A DNA stretch of 64,000 nt. Origin: Tubiluchus corallicola. Lineage: Eukaryota; Animalia; Priapulida. The position numbers and the translations under genes were made by a program. The number at the start of each line of letters is the position of its first letter. The first letter of the stretch is position 1. The stretch is taken from contig JAQGDQ010000229.1 of the NCBI GenBank assembly GCA_030141605.1, positions 62,001 through 126,000 of the forward strand, in the 5' to 3' direction. Positions 27,875 through 63,443 of the stretch are shown here, piece after piece. The notes below the pieces were generated by a model. It was not told the DNA's origin. It ran no database searches and saw only the letters and a list, made by a program, of their open reading frames with translations.

Positions 27875-30161
27875 CGTTGAGGCGATTCCTCACATAACAT
27901 CTATTTTGTTCGTAAGTTACCTGGTTTCTTGGTAAATTATTTATCTTGAATGAGTGAAATACCTTAAATACTTAAAGAAAGTATTTAAAGTTTAAAAATT
28001 GTTGGAATTGGTTTCAGCCCGTTTGTTTACTAATGTATTGACTTCTCGACTCACTAGTCTTTTACAATATTAAGATGCAAATCCATTGTCTCCTTATAGA
28101 ATTCTCTTGTTCGTTTGATTTTATCAAATTTTAGACTTACACAACCTAATGTAGTTCAGCTGAGTGTAAATCAAACCAAACCTAATCATCCTTATGGTCA
28201 CGTAAATAACAATGAATAGTGGAAATAAATCAAACGCGGGATTGTTTACATACTACTTTGTGGAATTAGCCAGCATCTCAACCAAGACGGTTCACTATAG
28301 CCTCAGATTTTCAAAAGTTAAGTCAACTTAATCAGTTAATCACTTCGCTTCAAGTCAGCCATCGAGACAAATTTCCAGCCAGGATAATACACAGGCAGTA
28401 AACAATTCGTTAATAGCTTAAGGTTTAGTGTCTCAGACAAAAATTATGTCGGTCGGTAATAATAAAGCATTTGAAGAAGTGACTCGAAAGTAGTAGACTG
28501 TGTTATGTAGGTCAAGGTTAATTATTAATAAAGATAGAACGAGTCCAGAATTATTAATGTTAATTCTGCCTTGTAACCAGAAATCTCTGGTTATAAATCC
28601 AGGCTTTATCTTGCTTTTTCAAAGTTTGGTTTCAATATTTAATAATCGTGGGTGCAGTCCATCACAAATAAACTCGTGTCTTATTACGTATGCCATTTTC
28701 CCCATTTTTTCATCGGTGATGTTTTTTCCTGCATCATTTTTCCCCTGTCATATTTGTATATCAAGTTTTATTCAAACAAACGTATCAAATAATAGAAGGA
28801 GTAATTTTATTAACACATTAAATAAGTCATTACAATGAATTTTACAAAGAAGCCCTCTAAAACAACCAGCGGATGAAGCAAAGGCACCTGTGATAATTCT
28901 ACCTAGTTGGTAACAAGATTTTCCTTGACAATTATCGGTACACGTTTAAAATCAGGTGAGTACATTTACACATGGAGAGAATGTTATTGCAATTGTCAAA
29001 AAAGTTTTTTAAATTTGTAAAGTCCAAATCGTTGAATTTGTTCTTATTTCCTCCGTTCTAACACAGCCGCACGTAACATGGTTTTCAGTTTGCACACTCC
29101 CACAGGGTACAGGTGTACAACCTCTGGTTTGTGGGATTCTTGACCAGCGTTCGTCATGTCAAACTAGCAAAATTAAGGAGAAATTTAATGTGCCGCCAGT
29201 GACATTTATAAGTGTTTTTACATCTTATAAATTGAAGAAATCGTTACTTTAGACACCCTGATTCATTAGACTCAATTGGGTGAACTTGGAATAATAGTCA
29301 ATTCGCTGAAACGACCAAATCTTTGCTATTAATGAAATTTCGATCGTATATAGATCTGATCTGTAGCAAATTGTAAGGAGAGCAACAATTCGTCATGTTT
29401 AATTGTTTACATGTTTAATTGTACTGGTGAGCTCTTCTTACCTGAAAAAGGATCTTGAATAAATACGTTTTTAGAATTTGCTAACATTTTATCAGGTCTT
29501 AAGTTCCCATAGTACACACCATTGTATGGGGGTAAGGCACTTCTATTCATTTGTTCTCCTTAAGAAAATTAGCCCCACCCTCGTTGAAGAAATCCTACCT
29601 ACCACCCGGAGTCGCAACGCGTTAGTATCTAATTTATTTGACACGCCGATAACGGCTATTACTACATCATACAAATCGGAGCTTTTGATAAGTTTTTATC
29701 CGCCTTTGAACTTTCCGACACTTTGTGGGCCGCTGACAATCACAGCACGGTTGCTTCTTTTAAGCTGTCACTCAGAATTAGTTTGAACTTGGGCGAGATT
29801 CTCAACTGTGTGCTTGAAGTAGTTCGCACAAAGAGGAGATACATGTTAGAACTCCCTTGATTTCTAAATAATTCCACTAGCCAGAGATAACAAGCATGAG
29901 ATAACGTTAATATTCTTTCAGCAAATAGTATCTACAGTTTTGCAAATTTCTTGGGAATCCCATTAATTGAGTGCCCGAGGGAACAGATTCAATCATTTAA
30001 GGAAGTTATAGCAAACTGATCAGCTTTGTTATAACATTATGTGCTTCTCACGATCATATTTCGACAACGACATTTTTAGATATTAGTTGTATAAAGAATA
30101 AAACTAAATTAAACACAAACATATTAACAAACTGTTAATTTGGAATTGCGGACTGGACACA

Positions 30162-31099
30162 TGTGCGCGGTAAAAAATGGCACAGGAAAAAATGGCGCGG
30201 TAAAAATGGCACAGGAAAAAATGACACAGGAAAAATGACACAGGAAAAAATGGCACATATGTTATTTCTATAATAAAACTAGAATGCGCTCAATAGGAAG
30301 CAGATCTCTGCCAAAGCCAAACAATCCTAATCTTATTCGTCTGATTCTTTTGATTCGAAAAAATTACACACATTAACACCACGGTAAACAAGCAAACATG
30401 CAAAATGTACATGTATTGGTATTATATAGACTAGCAAAATATCTGTTCATTAAAATTATAATCAATAATGCACGAACGTTCCACCTTTTTCGCCATTAAT
30501 TTTGGAGGTTTTAATAGACTAACAAATATATACGTAAAAAGTCACCTTTACGTGTGGGCTATACGTATTAATAAGCAAAGGTTACAGACAGTGTTACACA
30601 GTTACAAGCGAGATTTTCTAGAAATGGAACCTGGAAATAACTCGTAGTCGTTTGTCCTAGTCTAGTGAAGCTAATAAAAAAGAAATACTAAACACCCCAT
30701 TTGAGGCCTCCACGAAGTGCTTCACAAACATTTTTAGTACTTGGTGTTCGGTCAAATTTTGAGAAAAATGAACCGGTGAAAACATTCCCATTTTAACTTT
30801 CTTCACAACGTTTCTTAGAAATCTGTTAGATAGTTTTTGCGTAATAGGCTTACTGCCATAATAGACAAAAACAACCAAACAAACAGACAGACAAACTGTG
30901 TTAAAGCACAATTTCCTTGGCAGAGTTAAAAATACCTAAAATAATTTACCCCATTGTAAGCCTAATCCTAAGCACATATGTTACTAAGTGTGCTATTTCT
31001 ACCTACTTTTTTATTTTGTGCCATTTTTTCCTGTGCCATTTTTACTGTGCCATTTCTTTCCTCTGCCATTTTTACTTGTGCAATTTTTACTTACATTCG
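30162..31099 (+). mobile_element. 8-bp-TSD composite DNA element, copy A, with inverted ~15-bp subterminal repeats
   Basis: (aaaaatggcacagg)n at left and (cctgtgccattttt)n at right; termini tgtgcg...cattcg; perfect TSD tggacaca at 30154-30161 and 31100-31107. Confidence 0.8.
30277..30930 (-). mobile_element. Helentron-associated (HINE/DINE-1-like) element nested in copy A
   Basis: Minus strand: ctctgccaag subTIR, (gtct/gttt)n microsatellite, ttggcagag inverted partner, 3' ...gcattctagtt; the same insert occurs at 31935-32580. Confidence 0.65.
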
Positions 31100-31516
31100 T
31101 GGACACAGATAATTCAGAAACAATAGATCATTTGTAGTATCCTGCTATATTTTTGGGTCACAGACACGTGAACAGAAGGGCATACGGACACTGTTTGGTA
31201 CACCTAATTTATTTAAAGACAAGCATGCCATTTGACAATAAGTTCTGACACACAGACATGAAGCAGATCATTTGGACATTTGGTCATCATTTACAAATAG
31301 ACCATTTTGTACACGTAAGAACTACTGGATATAGAAATGTCACATTTGAAAAAATAACATGGAAATAAATTTTCATTTTTCACATGGGCTTCACAAGAAA
31401 AGCAATAAAGCATTAATCTATAGGCGATAACCTATACTGTGTAGTGTGTAGTGAGAAGCCTCGGTAATAAAATAATTACGTAGTCCTGATTTGCCACTTA
31501 TTTGTTAAGGTCGACT

Positions 31517-31787
31517 AGAATGTAGGCGAAAATCACATAGGAAACAATACGACACCGTAAATGTGGCACATGACTGACAAAAAGGCAAATAAAAAGCAGA
31601 AAAAATGGCATCTAACTCTAACACATCTCTCCATGTGAAGGAGGATTAGAACTCTCCAAAAAGGAGAAAATTATTCAAATAAACTATCTTTTAAATGTGT
31701 ATTTTTTTCTGTTATCCATTTGTATCCTTTCTTCTCGTGCTCCTTGTCTCTGTGCCATTATTGTCTGTGTGGTTTCCACCCGGCACC
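31517..31787 (-). mobile_element. 8-bp-TSD element, copy D (old, short, no HINE)
   Basis: agaatgtagg...cggcacc termini with degenerate tggcac / gtgcca repeats. Confidence 0.45.
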
Positions 31788-31790
31788 AGT

Positions 31791-32674
31791 GGTGCGTAGT
31801 AAAAATGGCACAGAAAAAATGTCACAAATGCAATAATAGGTAAAAATGACACAGGAGAAATGGTATAAATGGAAAAGGAAAACTAGGAAAGATGGCACAA
31901 TATGCCATTTTCATGCACTTAATTGCTATAGTTAAACTAGAATGCATTTAGTAGAAAGCAAATCTCTGCCAAAGCCGAACAATCATAAACTTGTCCCCGT
32001 ATTCGTATGATTCCATTGATTAAAAAATCGTAAAACTATAATAAACAAACAAACATACAAATATGTAACTGTAATGGTATTATGTAGACCAGCAAAAGAC
32101 TCACAAAATATTTTGCTCGTTAAATAGAATTATAAACAATAATTCTCGAATATTCCATATAGTGCTTATCTACTTTTCTTTCGCCATTAATTTTGGCGAT
32201 GGTAATAGACTATGATACATTCCGAGTCAGTTTATAAGGCTATACACATTAATAATTAAAGACTGCAAAGTTTATAGACGGTGTTACACAGTTTTCCAAA
32301 TGAGAATTTCTTGAAATGGAACCTGGAATTAACTTGTAGTTGTTTGTCCTTGTGGAGGTAATAAAAAGAAGTAATAAACACTCCGTCTGAGACCAACGAA
32401 TGTTTTTTATTATGTGGAGTTCGGCCAACTTTTGCGAAAAAAGTACGGGCGGAAAAACGCCCATTTGGCAGCCTAACTCGCCTTCTCCACAGAATTTAGT
32501 GGAAATATGTTAGACAAAAATCAACCAACCAAATATGCAAATAAACTGTGTTGAAGCATAACTTCCTAGGTAGAGGTAAAAATAAGTAAAACAATATCCC
32601 CCCTGTAACCCTAATCCTAAACTCACATTTTACTAAGTGTGCTATTTTTCCGGTGCCATTTTTACCTACATTCG
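31791..32674 (+). mobile_element. 8-bp-TSD composite element, copy B
   Basis: ggtgcg...cattcg termini, TSD gcaccagt / acactagt (6/8), collinear with copy A including the HINE insert. Confidence 0.75.
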
Positions 32675-33204
32675 ACACTAGTTGAGTGTAGTGTTACCAA
32701 AATATGTAATTCCTGAGAATTATCATTGTATCCCAATGTGAAAATTACTTCTTCTATGTAGCTATATTAACAAATTATGAGAATTATTATCTTTTGGCAT
32801 TTTTAGTACACTATCACGCATTCAGCGCTTCAAACTTTGGCGCGTCCAACTCCACGGAGCCAGTAGTAAATTAAGAAATTGTTTGCAACATTTTTATTGT
32901 TCGCATAAAATCTACAGCTTTCAACATTTGTCTACATTTCTTTTTACCTTTGCCTTCTTTACCTGTTCTGTTTTTTGTCTTTTTTATCAATTACATTTTC
33001 ACATTTTGTACTATGCCAAACCGTGTAACAAACCTTAATAGGCAGGCATAATTGGCGTTGTGGAAAATTAGAAAAATCAGACTTAATTCTCAGCCACCAA
33101 ACAACTGATACCAAAAACTCATTCATGCTTTGAAAACACCTAAACTTGATCACTGCAATAGTTTGATTTTACTGAATATGAAAATCGTAAACACCAAGTA
33201 ATTC

Positions 33205-33700
33205 GGAAGTCTAGTGCTCGCCTCATTATCAATACTAAAAGATATGACCACATTATACTTATTCTAAGAGAGTTGCATTGGCTGTCCATAAAGTTCCGAA
33301 TTCAATTAAATTCCTTGTATCTTCTACAAAATACTACATGAATTGGCACGTGCTTATCTTACTGATCTTTTGATGCACCGTAATACCAGCCGAATACTTC
33401 GTTCTATGCTAGTCAAATGAATTTTACACTGAACAGTTCCAAATACAGTGTTCCAAGGCGAAAAGGCTTCTGTCTGTGTTCCACCTTCCTGGAATAGCTT
33501 ACCTGTTACTGTACGCTCTACAACGTCATTAGATTCTTTTAAACGGCATCTTAAAGCACGTGTTTAGATTGTACATTTTATGATTTAATTTTTATTGTAT
33601 TTTGAATGCCAATGTATCTCACGAATTTTAAATGTATTTTAATTGCTCAGCACGCCGAGATTTTAAATGAGCTATACAAATAAATTTTACATTGTTACCT
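33205..33700 (+). mobile_element. Decayed 3' end of an L2-clade LINE
   Basis: Translates SARLIINTKRYDHIILILRELHWLSIKFRI...WNSLPVTVRSTTSLDSFKRHLK, typical of the L2 ORF2 C-terminus; ends gctatacaaataaa. Confidence 0.8.
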
Positions 33701-33900
33701 ACGATTTTTTGTGTACTGTACTTTCTATAACTTTAAACTATTCTTCTGTTACCTTTTTCCTCATTGTCATGTTTGTCTGCTCCTTTACTACCTTTTACCT
33801 TTTGTCATTTTTGAACCTTTTCTAGATAATCTTCTTTATTATCATTGCCTTATTCGGCAGTAATGACAACTACGTAGTTAGATGAGGACATGGATAAAAT

Positions 33901-33945
33901 GAAATACAACACAAAACAAGTTTTTTCTTCAAAAATGTTTTTAAT
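33901..33945 (-). terminator. Candidate distal PKG polyadenylation site (ATTAAA plus downstream GU-rich element)
   Basis: Minus-strand ATTAAA at 33940-33945, followed ~20 nt later by cttgttttgtgttgtatttc; lies where repeat-poor sequence ends. Confidence 0.4.
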
Positions 33946-35574
33946 ATTAATTTTCACCATTAGATGTACATAATTTAACTAGGATAACGCACAACGTAGA
34001 TAAAATAATCTACCATTTGTATGAGGAATGAGTTTCGTAACAATTAATTCTGATACAGCTTTAATAGCAGCATTGGTTGTGACATAACCTTTAGACCTTA
34101 CAAAGAATCAGCATCCTGCTGCCACCTATGTAACGCAGCTGTAAACACAGTACAATAAGAATCTAACTTAAAAGGCACTATAAACACTGTGTAAGAGATT
34201 CATTAACATGTTGGCCAGTGTGACCGAAAATGTAGATTGTAAATGACATTGTAAAAACAACAACATGATTTTGTTGACTGTTTAACCATAAAAATAAATA
34301 ATTTAGTCGTGATCCGATATTGAAAAAGTTAACACCGTTGCACTTGCTAATAAACTAGTGACATTAGAACATTAAATTTTGGGCACAGATCTCACTAACA
34401 CTTACGGAAAGTTTAGGTTAGTAAAACGTTTTAGTTTACTCCTTAAACATAAATAAGGTGCTTATCAAGACATGAATATTCTGTGAAGGAATGAAAACAA
34501 TGTTCTTAACAATCTAGCAAAAATGATAGAAACGGATGAAAAGTATTAAAATTTGTCTTGAGATTCCAATTAATGATAAAAATCTGCATATGCTTAATTA
34601 AATGACAGAATTGTATTTATTTGAATACTTTTTAATAAGCCTTTTCACAGTTTTGTTATGTATATGTGAAGTTGTTGTAGGTCAAAGTGTACCACAGCAA
34701 CACGTCTTAACTGCAAACGCTACATGACGTGAGCAAAGAAAAAGCCGTTTGCAGCTTCAGTTCAATAACTTTAGTTGTTTTATGTGGATTTTACTTAATT
34801 ATGCATTAGTCTGTGCCTATAATGAATTACTAGCAGGATCTTGCTTGGGAACAAGAAAAAATGAACTAGGTAAGGTTTTATAGCTAGCATTCGTCCCTTT
34901 TCTCAATTACTCTCACAATAGCTCGGGCTGTGAGGCGTTGTCAAGTGTACACAAATATGTTGTCTGGTACACTTACCCTTTGACCTTTTCACGATCATCA
35001 TCAATCACTGGAACTATGAAAAGGCTTATTACATTCAACAAGTCCTTATTTTTAAGACGCAAATTTTTTTAGTAATCACTGGAACACTGTACCAACCATA
35101 ATTATGCTAAAAATATAAGAGGCCTAAACTCCAGAACATAATTAGTTTTATGACAGAAGTCACAAAACTTACTAAAATGGTATTTACTATTAAATACCAA
35201 TCACATATTACTTAACAAAAATGATAGGACTGCAATAAAAAGAAGCACTTTCCATGTTGCAGTTATGAGATTCATTCAGTTCAAAAAAGAAACAAAAAGG
35301 CATTTTTGCAAATAGGAAGCAGTTTACACAGAATTATACAAATAAAAAAATAAAAGAATGACGTGCCCAAGATTAACGTTTTTCTAGGGTAAATGCGCTA
35401 TATTTATAATAACAGCAAAGCCTACTCAAATAGGTATAGATTAGATAACTATAACAATAACGTAAGCACGGCACACAAAATTTTGCTATAAAAAATTCAA
35501 AAGTACACAAGTGTTCAAAATCTTTCGTATGCATAAAAAGTTATAATCTGCTAGATAACGCATAAAAAATTGTA

Positions 35575-35900
35575 ATCTGCTAGACAATGTATTTGTACTG
35601 TAAAAATAACGAAATTAAAGACAAAGACAACAGATTTTTGAAGAGGAAATTTTCTGAGTTGAAGACAACTACTGAAACTGGCTATTTAAATTATTTAAAT
35701 ATATACTTGGCTACTTAAACTCCATTTAGCTCATATACACAAAAAGGGTATCTGCTAGACAGTGTATTTTTGCTGTAAAAATAATTAAATCAAAGACAAG
35801 GAGAACGGATTCTTGAAGAAGTTTTCTAAGTTGAAACTATTGAAAATAATCATTTAAACTCTTTAAATTTAAATGTAGCTATTTAAACTGGATGTAGTTA
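35575..35900. repeat. Diverged ~175-bp tandem duplication in the putative PKG 3' UTR
   Basis: atctgctagaca.tgtattt...ctgtaaaaataa...aaagacaa...ttgaaga...ttttct.agttgaa occurs twice (~35577 and ~35750). Confidence 0.75.
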
Positions 35901-37940
35901 CAGAAAAACTATTTACAAATAGACTTTGGTCAAACTTAAGCTAACAATTTGTCGAACAACTGACGTAGCCCAAGTGAGACACCCTCAATGAGATTTAAAT
36001 AGGGTGCACATCAGTGGAAATTTCAATTTTCAAACGACTGTAAATGTTTGTACAATTTATTGATGACCTTTGAGATATACTCAGTTTGGCTATAATAATG
36101 TTTGATATGTAGATAAAAAACTAAAAAGCACTTCAAGTAAAATCTGAGAAAAACCACTCAATGTGAAACCAAGACGCTTCTTTCAAGACTCAAAATGAGG
36201 CCAGACAGATAGACAGTAAACAATGAGCATAAAATATGGATAAAATATTAAACTGCTTCACAATAATATAAGCCTCGTTACTTCATTCAACATTTACAAA
36301 ATGAAATGAATTCCATCACCACAAAGGCAAAAACACTTGTGTCAAATACCTAAAAATTATAAATGAAAAGTGAAATTCTGAAGTATTACTTTACTTAAAC
36401 TGAAAAACTCCATTAAGGTTGTAGGTATGAATCATTACATTCCAGGGAACATTTTGCTTAACCACAAGGAGACCTGAAGTTTGTAAATCTTAGAAATGAA
36501 ATACAATAGCAAAACAACACCCATTCAGTAATCTACAACAACAATAGATCTATAAAAATACAAGAAAGCAACTTAACAATCATTTAGTTAATTAAATACA
36601 AGGTGGTTCATCCATGCTTTCTCACAAGTAAAAATATCAAATGCAACTCCAAAGGAAAATTGGACGATTGTGTAGACATTAGTTCTAAATAAAGTATGCT
36701 CTTAAATATTGAAACTACAACTGCTTGTTTTTTAAATCAAAGCTTAGATTAAATAATAATTACTTCCGATAGTTAAATTTTGTTAAACTTTCAAAGCAAT
36801 AGTGACTCAGCGATTACATTAAGACTGGCAAAGGCACCTTTTTGTTACATTCACGTGGCTGAGAAAAAGGTGCGGTGCTGTGATAAGCACGATCGAGAAC
36901 TGCAGTGTTCATCTGTGATGTCAGTGTAATGTAGCGCTCATTTTCGTGAGACTACATCAGCGTTTTATAGCAATCTTCACTCACGCTGATGTGCTGGGAA
37001 GATGCCTACCAATGCACAAACTGTAGTTAGTTTGTGATGTAAGCAATAGCTGTGTTCGTTTGCCATTAATTAACTTTCCAAGGTAATTATTCAAATATTA
37101 AAAACAATTGCTAATTTTTATAGGCAACAAAATGTATATTTTGGGCAGTAAATTACAACGAGATTGAGTCTAATCAATCGTCCGGTTTTCCTTTAACAGA
37201 CGTTGTGGTATGTAGTTAGTTATGTACTAGATGCATCATGAAAATTTAAAAATCTCAAACAGCTTTACAAAAACTGACCAGCAAACATCTATAAACTCAT
37301 TTACACTAGGAAAAATACTCTACCCATCATGGCTTTTCTAGATCTGGATTTAGTGTAAACAGTTACTATGCAAGAAAGACCACTACGGGCTATGGACTTT
37401 TCGTGACTACAGTTCAGCTTTCAGAAGATCTACCAATCAGGATTTGCATACATTTTGTAATGTAAACAAAAAACATACACGTCCCACAACCTTTGCTGTT
37501 TTTGCTGACACAGCATGACCCTGACCAAGCATTTTTCGTTGCATGTGGTGACTCGACTGTATGTTTTTAATGACACACAGCAAAATAAGTCCAAAGTTAG
37601 TGTACACACACAAGCCTACAAATGAACGAAGTTAATAAATGTAAGAAATGGATTAAGCAGATCCACAATGTGTCCCCTATCTTCTAAACCATGACACTTA
37701 GTGACTTCTAAAAGAGTAAGCCTATATGCTACAATGTCAGTGCTGGTGCCAGTAAATGTAATGAAGAATTCATCATCAACAGCAAACTTCAAAATTTCGT
37801 AGTTGTTGTATGAGATTCAACTGTATCAAAGCAGAAGTGTTTTAATTAATAATGTCATGCATTTCCACGGTTCCCATCTAATTTCTCCACTGGTATAAAA
37901 CAAAATGCTAATAATAATATCATCACATAAAATACAGGAA

Positions 37941-60832
<22,892 letters not shown>

Positions 60833-61754
60833 CTGGAAAAAAGTGAATTTTTTAAAGTACTGACTTCCACAATCCGAAAGAACCCTAAACAAAGCTAGAT
60901 AAAGAAATAGCAAAACGAGCACTGTGACACCCTAGACATTTTCATCACTTATTCACTATTCCAAGTTTAAATGGGGTGTGTCAAATTCAAATACCGAACA
61001 AACAGAAAGCTTTTGCCAGATATGCAATGACAATGAGTGGTTGAAGAGTTTACTATAAAGCAGGTCTAACACAACTATGCAGGATGTTAGTTACATTTTC
61101 AATAAAATAAAATTACAAATTACAACTCTAGGCAACACACATCATGAGGAATAGATAACAGCAGAAACTGCACTGTGAAGTCTATTGTGGCACTTAGAGG
61201 AAATTTAATCACAAAGCTTATAAGGAATTTAATTGGGCTCTATTTAATTTCTTGCAAAAAAGTGCAACTAAATCCGGTGACGCAGAAGCATGACGACAGT
61301 TTGGCAGGATTCTCATGTTCCACACCAAGCCTTGTCCCACAGCTGGATGAACTGTGTCATCCGCATAAAGTGAATATTTACATCCCCCGAGGCTGAACAA
61401 AGTGAAGGGCAATGATTCTGTTCAAAGGGCTTGGCACTACTGTGGTACATATCAAGAAAATATATGTACAGAACAAATAATTATTTAATGTTCAGACAGT
61501 GTAAGCATGGGCAAAGTTCACTATTTTCATGTATAGTTAGTCCAGCTAAGCCACAGATCCTACAACAATATAAACATATTTTTAGTCGCAGTCGGACGAT
61601 AGTTACATATCTATTAAAATATTCTTGATAGTTAAGTTTTGGAGTGAAGGAAAATGAAAGTGGTTTCGCTCTTTTACTGCTAAGACATTAACATACAGTG
61701 TCAAAGTTTTGCCCGGCGTGTTTTTAGTGGTTTTGTTAAATCAAATACTACACA

Positions 61755-63000
61755 ATGTCAATGAAAACAATGAATATGTCGATCGGTGGAGTTTTCCCCA
61801 AATTACGCAACCTCTTCCCAGTGTTGCTGTTATGCATATTTAGCAGCATGCAAAACTGTGTTGAGGGTGATTCTCCTAAATGTGATGGTTCCTACACAGC
61901 ATGTGAAGACTTCCAAGCAAATGCACATGAATCATGTGTATGTGAAAGCATGAATCAGTGTCCAACAGTAAACTGTTCAGAGATGACATCAACGACATTG
62001 CAAGATGCAATGAAACCACTTAATGGGACAAGAATTTACAAGTTAGTTATCAATAATTATCAAAACAAAACGTTGCCAGAAAATGCCTTTGAAAATATAG
62101 AAGTTGACATAGTGGTTGTCGAGTATAGTCTCATTACTCATATTGCAAATGATACCTTTGGAGGACTCTATGGAGCGACAGAGTTATGTATTTGTGGCAA
62201 TGAAAACCTCAAAGAGATCGCGCAAGCTACATTTGATAGGCTTAATGAAACTCTTAAAGCACTAAACATTAATTACAACTCAATTTCAAATATTGTTATA
62301 GGTACATTTGAAAATTTGGGCAATCTGGAAGTCTTGAACTTGATTGAAAACAATCTTGGTAGCATTGACGAAATGTTATTCAAAGGACTTGTAAATGTCA
62401 CAGAAATTAATGTGAGTGGTAACGATTTATCTGATGTTCCCGATAATTCATTTGACTTAACTCCAAAACTGAAAACTTTAGACCTCAGCAAGAACAGCAT
62501 AGAAAATTGGCATGGGTTTACATTTTATGGTCTAGAAAGTCTAGAAATTTTAAGCCTTTCACATAATCAACTTTCAGCTCAATTACCAAGTGGAATTCTA
62601 AATTCTTTAATATCACTAACAGTTTTGAAACTAAACTACAATCAATTTACAAGAGTGGATCAAACAGATTTTGATAATGTCAAAAATTTGGAAATTCTAG
62701 ACTTTTCAAACAATCTTATAGACACTATACACGAAAGTAGTTTCCAATATAATGCTGCACTGACAACACTGCTACTAAATAACAACCGCTTAACCAAAGT
62801 GGAAATGGAAACACTGAAGAGTTCCCAAATCATGGTAGAAATAAACCTTGCAAACAATCTAATAGAGGAGATTGAACATAGTGCATTTCATTTTGATAAC
62901 CTATTAACGTTAAATCTTGCAAATAACAACCTTACAAAGTTTGACGAAAACATGTTGTCTGACACTGCTTCGAAGAGCAACTTGAATCTATATTTAGAAG
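61755..63000 (+). CDS. Extracellular leucine-rich repeat protein, coding exon 1 (signal peptide, 6-Cys LRRNT, ~13 LRRs)
   Basis: 419-aa ORF. Hydrophobic LFPVLLLCIF then CVEG|D suggests a signal peptide; CDGSYTAC..CVC..C..VNC cap; LxxLxLxxNxL repeats of ~24 aa. Ends GAAG|gtaagt at 63000/63001 (phase 1). Start Met ambiguous (four ATGs in the first 8 codons). Confidence 0.92.
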
Positions 63001-63443
63001 GTAAGTATTGCTAGGCATTCAAATTTTCTGTTGAAGTTAAATGCTTTAAAGCTACCTTAGATTTAAAAAAAGACAATGTAGCAAAAATGAGGGAGAAGTT
63101 GTGGTGTGTCTCTGCTAGCTGGCTAGAAATTATAATAATTTATTAAATGTATGTCAGATTGATTTAAAGAAGTCCAGATGTTAGTTGCATCTGAAGGTAC
63201 CTTATAATAAGGCTTACATGAACAACAACTAACGGAGCTGCTAAGTGACTTATAGCATTTTTGAAAAGATTTACGAAACATACAAAGATCATATTAAACT
63301 TTTCAAAAATGAAATACAGGATTCGACACTTTAAAAACTGAATGTAAAAACAGTATTTTATAGTAATGAGATGGAATGTTAATGTTCAAATTATTTAAAA
63401 GCCATAAAAGCCACAAGTTGTACATACTATGTGTGAATTTCAG

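Noticed and set aside
63001-63014. LRR ORF ending ...LYLEGKYC* as a complete single-exon gene
   Set aside because: The last codons read through a consensus donor (G|gtaagt); splicing to 63444 restores the canonical GNPLDCVC LRRCT
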